Assembly (NCBI GenBank): GCA_030390025.1
Contig: CM059438.1
Location: forward strand, 63,304,001 to 63,368,000
Direction of reading: 5' to 3'
From: Squalus acanthias
Taxonomy: Eukaryota
Length of the DNA stretch: 64,000 nt
Of the stretch, positions 10,225 to 22,009 are shown piece after piece. The position numbers and the translations under genes are program-made. How positions within the stretch are numbered: the stretch's first letter is position 1; each line of letters begins with the position of its first letter. Under the pieces are notes generated by a model that made no database searches, was not told the origin of the DNA, and was given only the letters and a program-made list of their open reading frames with translations.

Positions 10225-12211
10225 ATTTGGAGCGCTAGCAGTGACTAAGAGATTATCTCCTGTCATGGCTCTGTTTATGCTGGAGACTAAAACTATCGAG
10301 CTTTAACCCAATGCAGCATTCTCGCTTACATCTCCGCCCTTTAGTGCTGGATATCGTGTTTATATGAAGCTTCCATTCTTAAAGGGGCACTGTAGCCCAC
10401 TGAGAAACCGCATACCCCAAAATATAGGCGAAAAATCTGCTACTATGACCCAGTTCCTGCAGGTCTCTCGTGATGTAATCCAATGAATGAGGGGAATGGT
10501 AGGACAAGGGCAGCATTTACATTGTAAAATAGAATTCCCCTCAAAATCGCAACTCCACCTAGTAATGATTTTACGGAATTTATGGTGAATTGATCTTTAG
10601 ATCCTTAGTGCGCTTTTAAGATGCAGCTTTGATTGATCTGAAATTATGTCTGTAGAAGGGCAAACTCACAAAATGTGACTGAATTCTCTCTAACTGAATC
10701 AACACCAACCTTGTACCTCCTAACAAAGCGCACCTTTAATTTGAAGCCAAGAAAAATTATTTTTGAAGATGTTTTTCATTGAAAAGAATCTATATTTGAT
10801 GGGAAAATTGGAGGCCTGTGGCGACACAGGTAGGGAAATTGTCTTTTTGTGCAGATGTGTTCTCCAGAGAAGTGGAGATGCCTCTTAAGATAGCCGCCAA
10901 AGTACAGTGGAAAAAAATCATCTGCGTTTTCTCAGAGAGAATCGTGGTTATTGTTTTAAAATTCTAGAAGTCCAAATGCAGGGCAGCAGGTTGATGGGAA
11001 TGAGAGAAAATCAGAGCAAATTGGACAAAGTAAGATGAGAGAGAAAACAAAGTTATAAAAGATGTGCTCTGTGACCTCAAGTTAAAGTAATTTTTACCTC
11101 TGCATTCCTTGGTGAATTCCCAATTGCACTTGTTGGGCAGGAATGATAGAGAGAAAGCGGCCAGGAATCCATCGATCGCACCTAATGCAGCTCTACCCAA
11201 AGAGAACTAAGCCTTACATTGGTGATATGGATAGGACGGCTGAACGAGGAGACGAAGTGTGATTTGCTAAAGAGTGGATCATTCAGTAAATCTGTACACA
11301 TAATTGGCCTCACATCAGAGTTCAGACATTTTGTGAGTGTGTCTGTTAAACATATTAAAGTACAATATAAATTACCGTTCAGAACATTATAGTGTAGCAC
11401 AGTTAATCACTTGTATAGTTAAATTAACTTTCTGATAAACCTTTTTGTTACAGATTATGACTTGGATGCTGTTTAATTCTCTTTTCTGTTGAGTTTTATT
11501 AATTCTGGGAGAGCCATGTGTATTCTCGATGATTAACTCAGATGAAGGATGCCATAACACTGTATTACAAGCATCATCCCCTTAATCCTGCAGAAACTCC
11601 CTTTACAGCCAGTAGAAAAACTTCAACCTTGATGGCTTAAGTCCCTAATCAGAATCATTCTGTTGACACCAAGCTTGCAATAAGGAGGTCGTCTGCTGAT
11701 AAAAGAAAGACTTGCATTTATATAGCGTCTTTCACGACCTCAGGATGGGCCAAAGTGCTTCACAGCCAATACAACATGTAGCCCTTCAGTACCGTTTTGC
11801 AAGAAACATCCTTTACGATTGGTAGTTCCCATCATGTGATACAGTGAGGAACATCAATCCTGAGCTTCGTTGTGCCCTCTCTTCCTGTCTCTACTGTAAT
11901 ATCTGCAGCTGTCCTCCCAAAGCTGTGGGTGGGAGGCTACTTGGGTTAGACGGAGGTTCTGAAAGCTTCATGGCAACACTTCCCATTAGCTATTAGGGGT
12001 GTTCACGGTGCGCCCAACACTGTACATGCTGCATTGCAAAGCTTTGCAGTAATGGCCATATTTTCTTGCCAGTGCTGCTCTCAAAGTGTGATGGGTCGAC
12101 TTCCCTTCTAATATTTAATTTCAGCACTTTACTAACACTTGTGTCTCTTTTGATCAGATGGCCTGGGTTTTACTGGCACCGATTACTGGATTCTTGAAGT
12201 TCAGTCCAGTT

Positions 12212-12460
12212 TAGGGTTGCCAACTCTGGACATATTCCTGGAGGTTTCATCACATGACCCCTCTCCACCCCCGCCTCTAACAGCCCTAGACAGACAAAAA
12301 GCCTTTTTCCCATTTCCAGTATTTCCATTACTAATAAACAAAAGTGTTCAAAATATATGAAAAATGCACTTTTTAATGCCCCAATGGTTTTTCTCACGGA
12401 TTTGCCCGCTTACAGTGTCTCCGAGATTAACCTTCAAATCCTGGAGGGTTGGCAACCCTA
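12212..12460. mobile_element. hAT-type MITE
   Basis: Perfect 13-bp TIRs TAGGGTTGCCAAC / GTTGGCAACCCTA; 8-bp TSD GTCCAGTT / GTCTAGTT (7/8 match). Confidence 0.85.
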
Positions 12461-13249
12461 GTCTAGTTGTGTCTGTGTAAAAGATCTACTATGTGAAACC
12501 TTTCTAGGTACCAGGGATCTGTACTTGGAGACTTGCACACTAGTCTTTCAGTGCTGTGGAATCTTTGCAGTGCACTGAATATCAATATAAGCAGATTTGC
12601 AAATTAACAGGCTGCAATATTGATCTGATTTTGAGACGTGCATTTACAGGAAGATTTGCTGCTAATAGAAGTCTGACTGTCATTTTGTGTTGGGATTCAC
12701 TACCCAAGAAGATTACACCTCTAAGCATACTTAGTGTTTCATTTACCCAGTCTCTGAGGTAATGAACCATGTTTATCGTTAGTGGTTTTACCAAGAATAA
12801 GCTATCTTCGCCATTGACTTGAATTCCATTGCTCAACATAAAATGGTGCATTCTGCAGCTTCTATTTGTAAAGTTGGGGGAATCTTAGACAAGTTCTTTT
12901 CACCGCATCTCCACCCTGTGGAGAATTCCCTTCAATATTTACTGAGAAGTTGCATTCGTTCTTTGTACCCCAGTTGTAAATCACTTACTAATCTAGTATG
13001 GACCTGAGCCCATAAAGACCATGAAAGTCCCAGGTACAATGCCTGGTCTGTCTCGTATTGGCTAATCTCAACCAGGACAGTGTTGGGAGTGCTCCAACTG
13101 GTCTCCGTGTCCTAGGTCTGGGGAGGGGCAAAAAAACACTGGAGTTACGCACTATTGCCATTCGTTGATTCCTGCTCCAACGTGCCTGTGGCTGGATGTC
13201 ACATGAGGGTAAGATCAAGTGCTCCACCGTGATCAGATTACCTGCTGAC

Positions 13250-13580
13250 ATCACTTCCTAGGCTCTTTGACAGCACTTCTCAAACCTGTGATCTCTACCA
13301 CCTAGAAGGACAAGGGCAGCAGATGCATGGGAACACCATCACCTCCAAATTCCCCTCCCAGTCTCACACCATCCTGATTTGGACATATATCACCATTCCT
13401 TCATCGTCGCTGGGTCAAAATCCTGGAACTCCCTACCTAGCAGCACTGTGGGCGTACCTTCACCGCATGGACTGCAGCGGTTCAAGAAGACGGCTCACCA
13501 CCACCTTCTCAAGGGCAACTAGGGATGGGCAATAAATGCTGGCATTGCTAGCGACGTCCATATCCCAAGAATAAAAGATG
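13250..13580 (+). mobile_element. LINE 3' end (CR1/L2-group family also at 22010-24170)
   Basis: Tail AAGGGCAACTAGGGATGGGCAATAAATGCTGG, identical in type to copies at ~20350-20500, 22010, 59985 and 63690. Confidence 0.75.
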
Positions 13581-13896
13581 TAAAGAACGGTCACTTGGGT
13601 GAAGTTCTGGAGGGCGACTGGTGCCAGCTTGAGACAAGGCCCTCAGGAGAGAAGAGAAGAAATTTGGAGGGAGATGGTTTAAAAACGAAACAGGGCTTCA
13701 AGTGCATTAAAAATTCCCTCCTGCTCTTGAATCTTGCATTATGCTCATATTGCCTTGTATCCATGGATATTCTTGTCACAATCCGATCTTGAGTATCTTA
13801 TATTTAATATGCCTTGCACTGTATTTAATGGATCAACTGTTTGCATAATGATTACTGGTGTCGTTGAATTGTTTACTTGTAAGTAATTATATCATG

Positions 13897-13902
13897 AATA
13901 AA
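13897..13902 (+). promoter_or_regulatory. Candidate CLIC3 polyadenylation signal AATAAA
   Basis: AATAAA in non-repeat sequence with upstream TGTA/AT-rich and downstream T/GT-rich tracts. Earlier AATAAA hexamers fall inside repeats. Confidence 0.45.
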
Positions 13903-14139
13903 AAACCCTGAATGAATGCCATCTCTGTCTCTTGAATTTCTTTCTGTTCGTTCATCACTTGCCAGTGTATTATATGCAAGGCAGGTTGGAGTTAGCTGAA
14001 AGTCTTTCCAGATGACACTAAGGCTGCAGGATTTCCTAGTAAACTACAGTTAACTTAGTGATGCCATTATATATATATAAACCATCTGAAGCCCTCTACT
14101 TTAGATTCCAGGTGGTAGCCATCATTCTATATATGGGAC

Positions 14140-14608
14140 ACTTTGACCACGCTCGATCAGCTCCGATGGACGGGCCACATTGTCCGCATGCCCGATACGA
14201 GACTCCCAAAACAAGCGCTCTACTCGGAGCTCCAACATGGCAAGAGAGCCCCAGGTGGGCAGAGGAAACGCTTCAAGGACACCCTCAAAGCCTCCTTGAA
14301 AAAGTGCAACATCCCCACTGACACCTGGGAATCCCTGGCCCAAGACCGCACAAAGTGGAGAAGCATCCAGGAAGGCGCCGAACACCTTGAGTCTCTTCGC
14401 CGGGAGCAAGCGGAGCCAAGCGCAAACAGCAGAAACAGCGCACATCAACCCAAGCACCCCACCCACCCGCCCCTTCAACCACTGTCTGTCCCACCTGTGA
14501 CAGAGACTGTAGGTCCCGCATTGGACTCATCAGTCACCTGAGAACTCATTTTTAATGTGGAAGCAAGTCATCCTCGGTTCCGAGGGACTGCCTAAGAAGG
14601 AGAAGAAT
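14140..14608 (+). mobile_element. RTE-clade LINE 3' fragment
   Basis: QLRWTGHIVRMPDTRLPKQALYSEL..GKR..GGQRKRFKDTLK..WESLAQDR..WR is the characteristic RTE/BovB-like C-terminus; AAG-rich tail. Confidence 0.9.
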
Positions 14609-14950
14609 ATGCAAAGAATTGTTTGCTGTTATACAAAGCTTCCATGTTGTTGGATGTGCACATCTGTGAGGTCCTGCTCACCACCGCAACTCTTATGCTT
14701 TCAAAGGGGGAAGAAAACACCAGTTCAGAACTGACCAGTGTGAACACAGCATGGAAGGAAACAGCCAGCTTCTCCGCCACTTTGTACCTATATATAGTTA
14801 ATGCTCTCGCGCTTCCTACTTACAAACTTTACTTCTGTGACCACGGTTCTTTTGGTGTTGCTTTTATGCCAACAATTTCAATTTTACATGTAAACGCTTG
14901 TGACAATGTCGAAAGTCAGCAGTTGCACGTCATGTTATATTGTAGGCTCT

Positions 14951-14969
14951 GGCTACTAGGTGGCGCTGT
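14951..14969 (+). promoter_or_regulatory. Candidate CTCF site (forward)
   Basis: GGCTACTAGGTGGCGCTGT versus core consensus CCASYAGRKGGCRS (one core mismatch). Confidence 0.5.
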
Positions 14970-15706
14970 GGCACGGGTCCCAGGCTCTGAACTGTGCCAA
15001 CTCCAGCTGCTGTTTTCTTGTTAATCTTCTCTGCAGGCGTGTTTTTAATTTTTTTTTAAAACTTTTGTAAGTAAACAACTCATGCCCCCATCAGCCCGCT
15101 ACCCATTTCCTGCTGCCGCGGGGAGGGTGGGATTTGAAATTCAGCGCAGCACTGTCGGAAGTGCAGTCTTTCCGATGGGGCGTTAAACTGTCTGCCGACT
15201 CGGGAGGATGTAAATGATCCCGTGCCGTGATTAGAAGAGAGGGCAGTCCTCCCGGTGTCCCGGGCAACAATAATTCCTCGACCAACAACACCAAAACCCG
15301 GTTAACTGGTTGGTTGTTCACCTCATTCTGGGATCCTGCTGTGCTCCAATTGGCTGCCACATTTGCCTACAAAACAACACTGAGCAAACTTCAAAAAAAT
15401 TAATTGGCCGCAAAGCACTTTTAGATATCCTGAGGATGTGAACGGTGTTCCGTAAATGCAAATTCTTTCATATTCCACATTACAACAGTGACGACATTTC
15501 AAAATGTACAACTTTGGCTGTAAAGCACTTTGGGACGTCTGGTGGTCGTGAAAGACGCTATATTTGCGGATTTAAATTTATTCCTGCTGCCAACTTCGGG
15601 CCTGTCGCTCCAATGGTCGCTCCCTGATAGCTCAACGATTTAAAATTGCAGTCTGGTGGTGCTAATTCCTAATTGTTTCTGCCTCTCAAAATAGTAACTC
15701 ACTCCA

Positions 15707-15895
15707 GGGGGAGTCAGTTGAACTTTGGGTGGTGGTGTAATCTGGGCAATATCAAATTAGCCTCTCATTATACACCACGCCCGATTATCCTGTCCTTTGA
15801 AGTCAATGGAAAGGCAACTCTGGCGTGGTGTATAACGAGTGGCCAATTCGATATCGCCCATTTTACATTATCGTCCAATGTTCAAATTAGCCCCC
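15707..15895. mobile_element. Short fully palindromic (foldback) MITE
   Basis: GGGG.. / ..CCCCC ends; arms pair along ~85 bp (e.g. TTATACACCACGCC / GGCGTGGTGTATAA) around a central TTGAAGTCAA. Confidence 0.75.
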
Positions 15896-17324
15896 AACAG
15901 CCCTGACCGAACCTGTTACTCACCGCCTGCTGTGAAATTTTGAATTCAAATGCTTGGGTTGTTATTATAAAAATGACTGGGATCATATCTTCAGTTCTGA
16001 TGTTTGCTTTCCTACTGATGAAAGCTCATTGAAAACCTTAACAATGAATATCTCCACATCATAACACTCAGAACTGAGTGAGGAAAATAGACTAATGAAT
16101 TAAAAAAAACAGGTTTTTGGCATTTAACTTACATTTAGAAACTTCCAAACATCTCACTTAAACATTGGACATTTGTAACTGTAATTTGGAGAGGACAGGA
16201 CTAAAAATATAATGGGAGCCACTGGTTACTGCCTTATGGCTCGGAATATTTGGTTCGAGAGTGGTCAAAGACATTCCGTGACTAGATGTGTTAATGGATG
16301 GTTGGTCGGCAGACCCCACTTTGTCATATATTTAGATGCAAGGTACCAATTTGGATACACTGAAGGTTTCTACCACCAGGAGACAATGAAAATTCAAATT
16401 CCCAGTTATCATTTTCTTCTTTACCAGAAGTATTCTTCAACAGCATCTTAAGGACTGTAAGCCACCTGGTTTTACCATTTCCTCTTTCTGTTAAAGATTC
16501 CTTCAGCAGTGGTGTTTCAGTAACATGTGTGCTTGTTTCTAAGATTAATAACTAACTACAGTACAAAAGTCCGAAAATGACAATGCCACTGTCCCTCAAG
16601 GATACTGAAATCATTCTTCTAATTCTATACACTCTCCCAAATCCAAGCAACTTTAAAACGCCTTTTCTCTTTGTTCCCTTTTCTGATAGGTGGTGCAGTA
16701 GGTTGCCTATCATTCCTGGGCTAAGGATTGGATCTGTCAGTGAGGTTAAACATGTTTTGTGTTAGAAATATCCATCCCATCTGCTTTGGTATCTTCCATT
16801 CCATGTTTTGTGACACGCACAGTCAGCTGAGTGCTTGGATTGGGTGTGAGAACTAGGAATGCATTGTGAAGCAAGCTGGTGCAATGAACAGGATATGAGA
16901 GTCGTATTTTGAACAGAAGTGTATCTTTTGGTCACTGAAGGTCATCATCTTTTATAAAGCCCAAAATGAGTTGGAGCAGGGTTTGAGGTCTTTGGTGAAA
17001 CGGTAAAAATTCATAAACATTTCTTAATGTGCTCAATCGATAATTAATCCAAAGGAAGAGGAAAGATGGACTTCTGTCTTGGATGCTGGATGTTGCTGCG
17101 TTAAAAGAGTGCGCTGTCTCATCCACAATTGCATGGGTGGCAAAACTAAAGTCCCTGTATTTTTTTTCCCTCTCCTCTCCGGAAGGATTTAATTCCTTGC
17201 CGGGGTTTAGTTCCTACCGGTGCTGCTCACCTGGCAACTCACCTAAGCGCCTGCTATTTGTAAGAGAGCCTTGCTGGTGAGTGATGGCAGGGAGCATGGG
17301 GGCAATGCAGACAACCCAATCTCA

Positions 17325-17770
17325 GCAATGGCTCCGTGGTAGCACTCTCGCCTCTGTGTCAGAAGGTGATGCGTTCAATTCCCACTCCAGTGACTTGAGT
17401 GCATAATCTAGGCTGACTCTCCAGTACAGTGCTGAGGGAGTGCTACACTGTCGGAGGTGCCGTCTTTCGGAGGAGATGTTAAACCGAGGCCCCGTCTGCC
17501 CTCTCAGGTGGACGTGAAAGATCCCTTGGTACTATTTCGAAGAAGAGCAGGGGAGTTATCCCCCAATGTCCTGGTCAATATTTATCCCTCATCACTAAAA
17601 CAGATTACCATTATCACATTGCTGTTCGTGGGACCTTGCTGTGGGCAAATTGGCTGACATGTTTCCCACATTACAACAGTGACTCCACTTCAAGAAGTAC
17701 CTAATTGGCTGTGAAGCGCTTTGGGGTGCCCTGAGGTTATGAAAGGTGCTGTATGAATGTAAGCCTTTAT
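17325..17770 (+). mobile_element. Deu-domain tRNA-SINE (SacSINE1/AmnSINE1-like)
   Basis: tRNA-like head (TGGCTC..TGGTAGC, GTTCAATTCC), core GGAGGTGCCGTCTTTCGGAGGAGATGTTAAACCGAGG, L2-like tail. Confidence 0.8.
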
Positions 17771-17807
17771 TTTCTTTCTTTCAGTTTGATATGAATGGAT
17801 ATGGTGG

Positions 17808-17935
17808 ACAAAAGCAAAATACTGCGGATGCTGGAAATCTGAAATAAAAACAGAAAATGCTGGAAATACTCAGCAGGTCAGGCAGCATCTGTGGAGAGAG
17901 AAACAGAGTTAATGTTTCAGGTCGATGACCCTTCG
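17808..17935 (-). mobile_element. Penelope-like terminal fragment with truncated hammerhead motif
   Basis: Minus strand reads GAAGGGTC-ATC-GACC-TGAAAC (stem II plus GAAA); the CTGA core is lost at the junction with the L2. Confidence 0.5.
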
Positions 17936-19984
17936 ACCTGGCGGACAACTGGTTTAGCTATTCACCGCCAGATCTGGCTGCACCACATAAACCACTATCG
18001 GGTCCTGCTCTCGTCTACCAAAATTGCTCACTATTCTAGAATCATTCTGGAATGCAAAGATAAACCCCGGCTCCTATTCTCCACTGCTAACCGTCTTCTT
18101 AAACCCCTCTCCCCTGTCTCCTCCACCCTCACCTCCAATAACAAATGTGTGGAGCTCATGGACTTCTTTGTCTCTAAGATTGAGACCATCCGATCAGCTG
18201 CCTCTGCCACTTCCCTTCCTCCCCCTAGCCCACTGGGCCAAACTTCCTCTAAGGTCCCCCCCCCTGCCCTAGTCCTGAACTCACATCTTTCTCCAGTTTC
18301 TCTCCGATCTCCCCTCATGACCTCTCTGCACTCATCTTGTCCACGAGACCCACCTCCTGCTCCCTCGATCCTATTCCCACCAAACTGCTGACCACCTAAC
18401 TTCCTTTTCTGGCTCCCATGTTAGCTGATATTGTTAACGGTTCTCTCTCCTCAGGTACTGTCCCCCTCTCCCTCACATCTGCCGTCATCACCCCTCTCCT
18501 CAAAAAACAAACCTTGATCCCTCCGTCCTTGCAAACTACCGCCCCATCTCCAACCTCCCTTTCCTCTCCAAAGTCCTTGAACATGTTGTTGCCTCCCAAA
18601 TCTGTGCCCATCTTTCCCGCAATTCCATGTTTGAATCCCTCCAATCAGGCTTCCGCCCTTGCCACAGTACCGAAATGGCTTTCATCAAAGTCACAAATGA
18701 CATCCTTTGTGACTGTGACAAAGGTAAACTATCCCTCCTTGTCCTTCTTGACTTGTCTGCAGCCTTTGACATGGTTGACCACTTCATCCTTCTCCAACGC
18801 CTCTCCACTGTCGTCCAGCTGGGTGGGACTGCATTCGCCTGGTTCCATTCTTATCTATCTAATTGTAGCCAGAGAATCACCTGCAACGGCTTCTCTTCCC
18901 GCTCCCGCATCGTTACTTCTGGTGTCCCCCAAGGATCTATCCTTGACCCCCTCCTATTTCTCAAATACAGGTTGCACCTTGGCGACATCATCCGAAAACA
19001 CAGCGTCAGTTTCCACATGTACGCTGATGACACCCAGCTCTACCTCACTACTTCTTCTCTCGACCCCTCCACGGTGTCTAAATTGTCAGACTGCTTGTCC
19101 GACATCCAGTTCTGGAATAGCAAAAATTTTCTCCAATTAAATATTGGGAAAACCGAAGCTATTGATTTCGTTCCCCGCCACAAACTCCGTTCCCTAGCCA
19201 CTAACTCCATCCCTCTCCCTAACATCTGTCTGAGGCTGAACTACACTGTTTGCAACCTTGGTGTCATATTTGACCCTGAAATGAGCTTCCGACCACGTAT
19301 CCGCAGCATAACAAAGACCACCTATTTCCACCTCCGCAACATTGCCCGTCTCCGCCCTTGCCTCAGCTCATCCACTGCTGAAACCCTCATCCATGTCTTT
19401 GTTACCTCTAGTTTTGACTATTCCAACGCACTCCTGGCTGGCCTCCCACATTCCACCTTACGTAAACTTGAGGTCATCCAAAACTCGGCTGCCCGTGTCC
19501 TAACCCGCACCAAGTCCCGTTCGCCCATCACCCCTGTGCTCGCTGACCTACATTGGCTCCCGGTTAAGCAGCGCCTCGATTTGAAAATTCTCATCCTTGT
19601 ATTCAAATCCCTCCATGGCCTCGCCCCTCCCTATCTCTGTAATCTCCTTCAGCCCCACAACCCCCACAGATATCTGCGCTCCTCTAATTCTGCCCTCTTG
19701 AGCATCCCTGATTATAATCGCTCAACCATTGGTGGCCGTGCCTTCTGTTGCCTAGGCCCTAAGCTCTGGAATTCCCTGCCTAAACCTGTCCGCCTCGCTA
19801 CCTCTCTTTCCTCCTTTAAGACACTCCTTAAAACCTACTTCTTTGACCAAGCTTTTGGTCACCTGCCCTAATTTATCCTTATGTGGATCGGTGTCAAATT
19901 TATTGTCTTAAAATACTCCTGTGCAGCGCTTTGGGACGTTTTACTACGTTAAAGGCGCTATATAAATACAAGTTGTTGTTGTTG
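17936..19984 (+). mobile_element. L2 LINE, 5'-truncated, with RT domain
   Basis: ORF 18627-19871: QSGFR..HSTE, LLDLSAAFD, GVPQGSIL.P, YADDTQLY, HITP-like/LHWLPV; (GTT)n tail. Confidence 0.95.
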
Positions 19985-20654
19985 ACGTTTACATATGTGA
20001 ACTGTGGATGAGTGTATCATAGCAACCTGCACAAACTGTATGTTTGGGGAAAACACAGCAAGTGTTTGCAAGGGGAAGCTTCCTGGGCAGTGCTCAGGAA
20101 CAGAAAACAAATATATAGAGAAATGACAGCAGGTACATTTTTATTTTCACACGGTGGGTGGATGGTAACATGGACTAAAATGGTGATAGTGGACCCATGG
20201 GTTTGATGGTTTCATTCCAGTTCCTTCTGAGTGTGGCCCCACCGCACAGAATTGCTCACAATTCGTCATGAAGTTGGCAAGAGTGCTCTGGTCACAAGGG
20301 CGGCTGGTGTGAGAAGTGGAAAAGTTCACCCAGTGAGAGGATGCCCCGGGTCAAAATCCTGCAACACCCCTACCTAACAGCACTGTGGGAGCACCGTCAC
20401 CAGCGGTTCAAGAAGAAGGCGGCCCACCACCACCTTCTCGAGGGCAACTAGGAATTGGCAATAAATGCCGGCAACTCCCACATCCCGAGAATGAATAATA
20501 AAAAAGGCTGTGAACTTTGGACAGCTCCTAGGTGTGAGTTTTTGAATCATGTCTGAGGGTCTGCTTTGCAACAAAAACATAAACATTGCTTAAGGGGGCA
20601 CATGGCCTGCGGGGGAAGACCGCGCGCAATCAATATATTATTCTGAGCCTGTTT

Positions 20655-21670
20655 TTGTTGGAATAGAGGAGATTAAAAGGTGATTTGATGGAGGTTTTTT
20701 TTTAATTATGAAGGGATGTGACATGGTAGATCAGAACAGACTATCTGGTGGGTGAGGGATCTCGAACAAAGGGATACAGATATACGTAACAGATTGAGAA
20801 CAGGGAGCAGCAGAAACAGTTTTACGGAGGGTTGTGAAGCTGTGGAATGCACTACCGGAGTTACCAGACCATGTAAACATTTAGGAATAAGTTCAGCAGG
20901 TAGTTGAAGGAAAGGTGTATAAAGGGGCAGGACAGGTACATGGGATTAGGATTACTGCTCATGTGGAAGATAAACACCAACCCAACACAGACTGGTTGGG
21001 CCGAACAGCCTGTTTCCACCTTGTAGTTTCTATGTAGTTCTTCCTCTTTCCCTTCCCCAACTCATATTCTTTGCCCCTTCTCTTCAATTACATAGAGTTA
21101 CATGGGATTTTCAGCACAGAAACAGGCCATTCGGCCCAACAGGTCTGTGCTGGTGTTTATGTTCCACACAAGCCTACCCTCACTCGATTTACTTCATCTT
21201 ACTTTAGCAACATGTCCTTCTATTCCCTTCTCCCTCAAGCACTTATCCAGCTTCCTCTTAAATGCATCCATGCCATTCGTTTCAATTACTCCCTGTGGTA
21301 GCGGGTTTCACATCCCCACCACTCTCTGAATTCCTTATTGGATTTATTAGTGACTATCTTATAATTATGGCCCCAAGTTTTGGACTCCCCACAAGTGGAA
21401 ACATCTTCTCTACGTCTAGCCTAGCGAACCCCTTCATAATTTTAAAGACCCCTATCAGATCATCTCTTATTTTTCAACTTTCTAGAGAAAAGAGCCCCAG
21501 TTTGTTTAGTCTACCCTGATAGTTGTAGTCTCTCAGTTCTAGTATCATCCTTGTAAATCTTTTTTGCACTTTCTGTATAGTTTTTGTAATATGGAGACCA
21601 GAACTGTTCGCAGCACTCCACGTGTGGTCGAAGCAAGGTTCAATATAAGTTTAACATAACTTCTTTGCTT
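20655..21670. mobile_element. Two tail-to-tail CR1 3' fragments (+ 20655-21040, - 21090-21670)
   Basis: Both carry the CR1 3' hairpin GGGCCGAA..GGCCTGTTTC and RGD/LFP-type ORF2 remnants. Confidence 0.75.
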
Positions 21671-22009
21671 TTTGATTTTAGTTCTCTTTCTCTTCACAGC
21701 CTACCCGTTATATTTGTAAGCGTATTCTCTTGCTTTCTTTAGCTAGAGGCTTAGACAACGCAAGAAAGAACCAGATGATGAGTGTAATCCCAGCATTCGT
21801 AGTGGTGGTGAAAGCACTCTACTGAAACAGTGGAGCTGGTAGTTTTACTCGGGTCCTTTCACCAGTGGTATGAATGCTGGGATAGCTCCCTTGTGCTCTC
21901 TTGTGCTCCAGTGTGAAATCACAAGCCTCAGTCCCCCACTAAATATAGCAGAGTCGGTAGGCCTGGGTTAGACTACATCGTTGGGCAGAGGAAGTTTTAA
22001 GCTTCAATT

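Noticed and set aside
17325..17400. tRNA gene-like A/B boxes (also 40115, 43555, 51200, 53310)
   Set aside because: These are SINE heads continuous with SINE bodies; no complete cloverleaf.
18627..19871. Longest ORF (414 aa) as a host gene
   Set aside because: L2 reverse transcriptase remnant with upstream frameshifts and an L2 tail.
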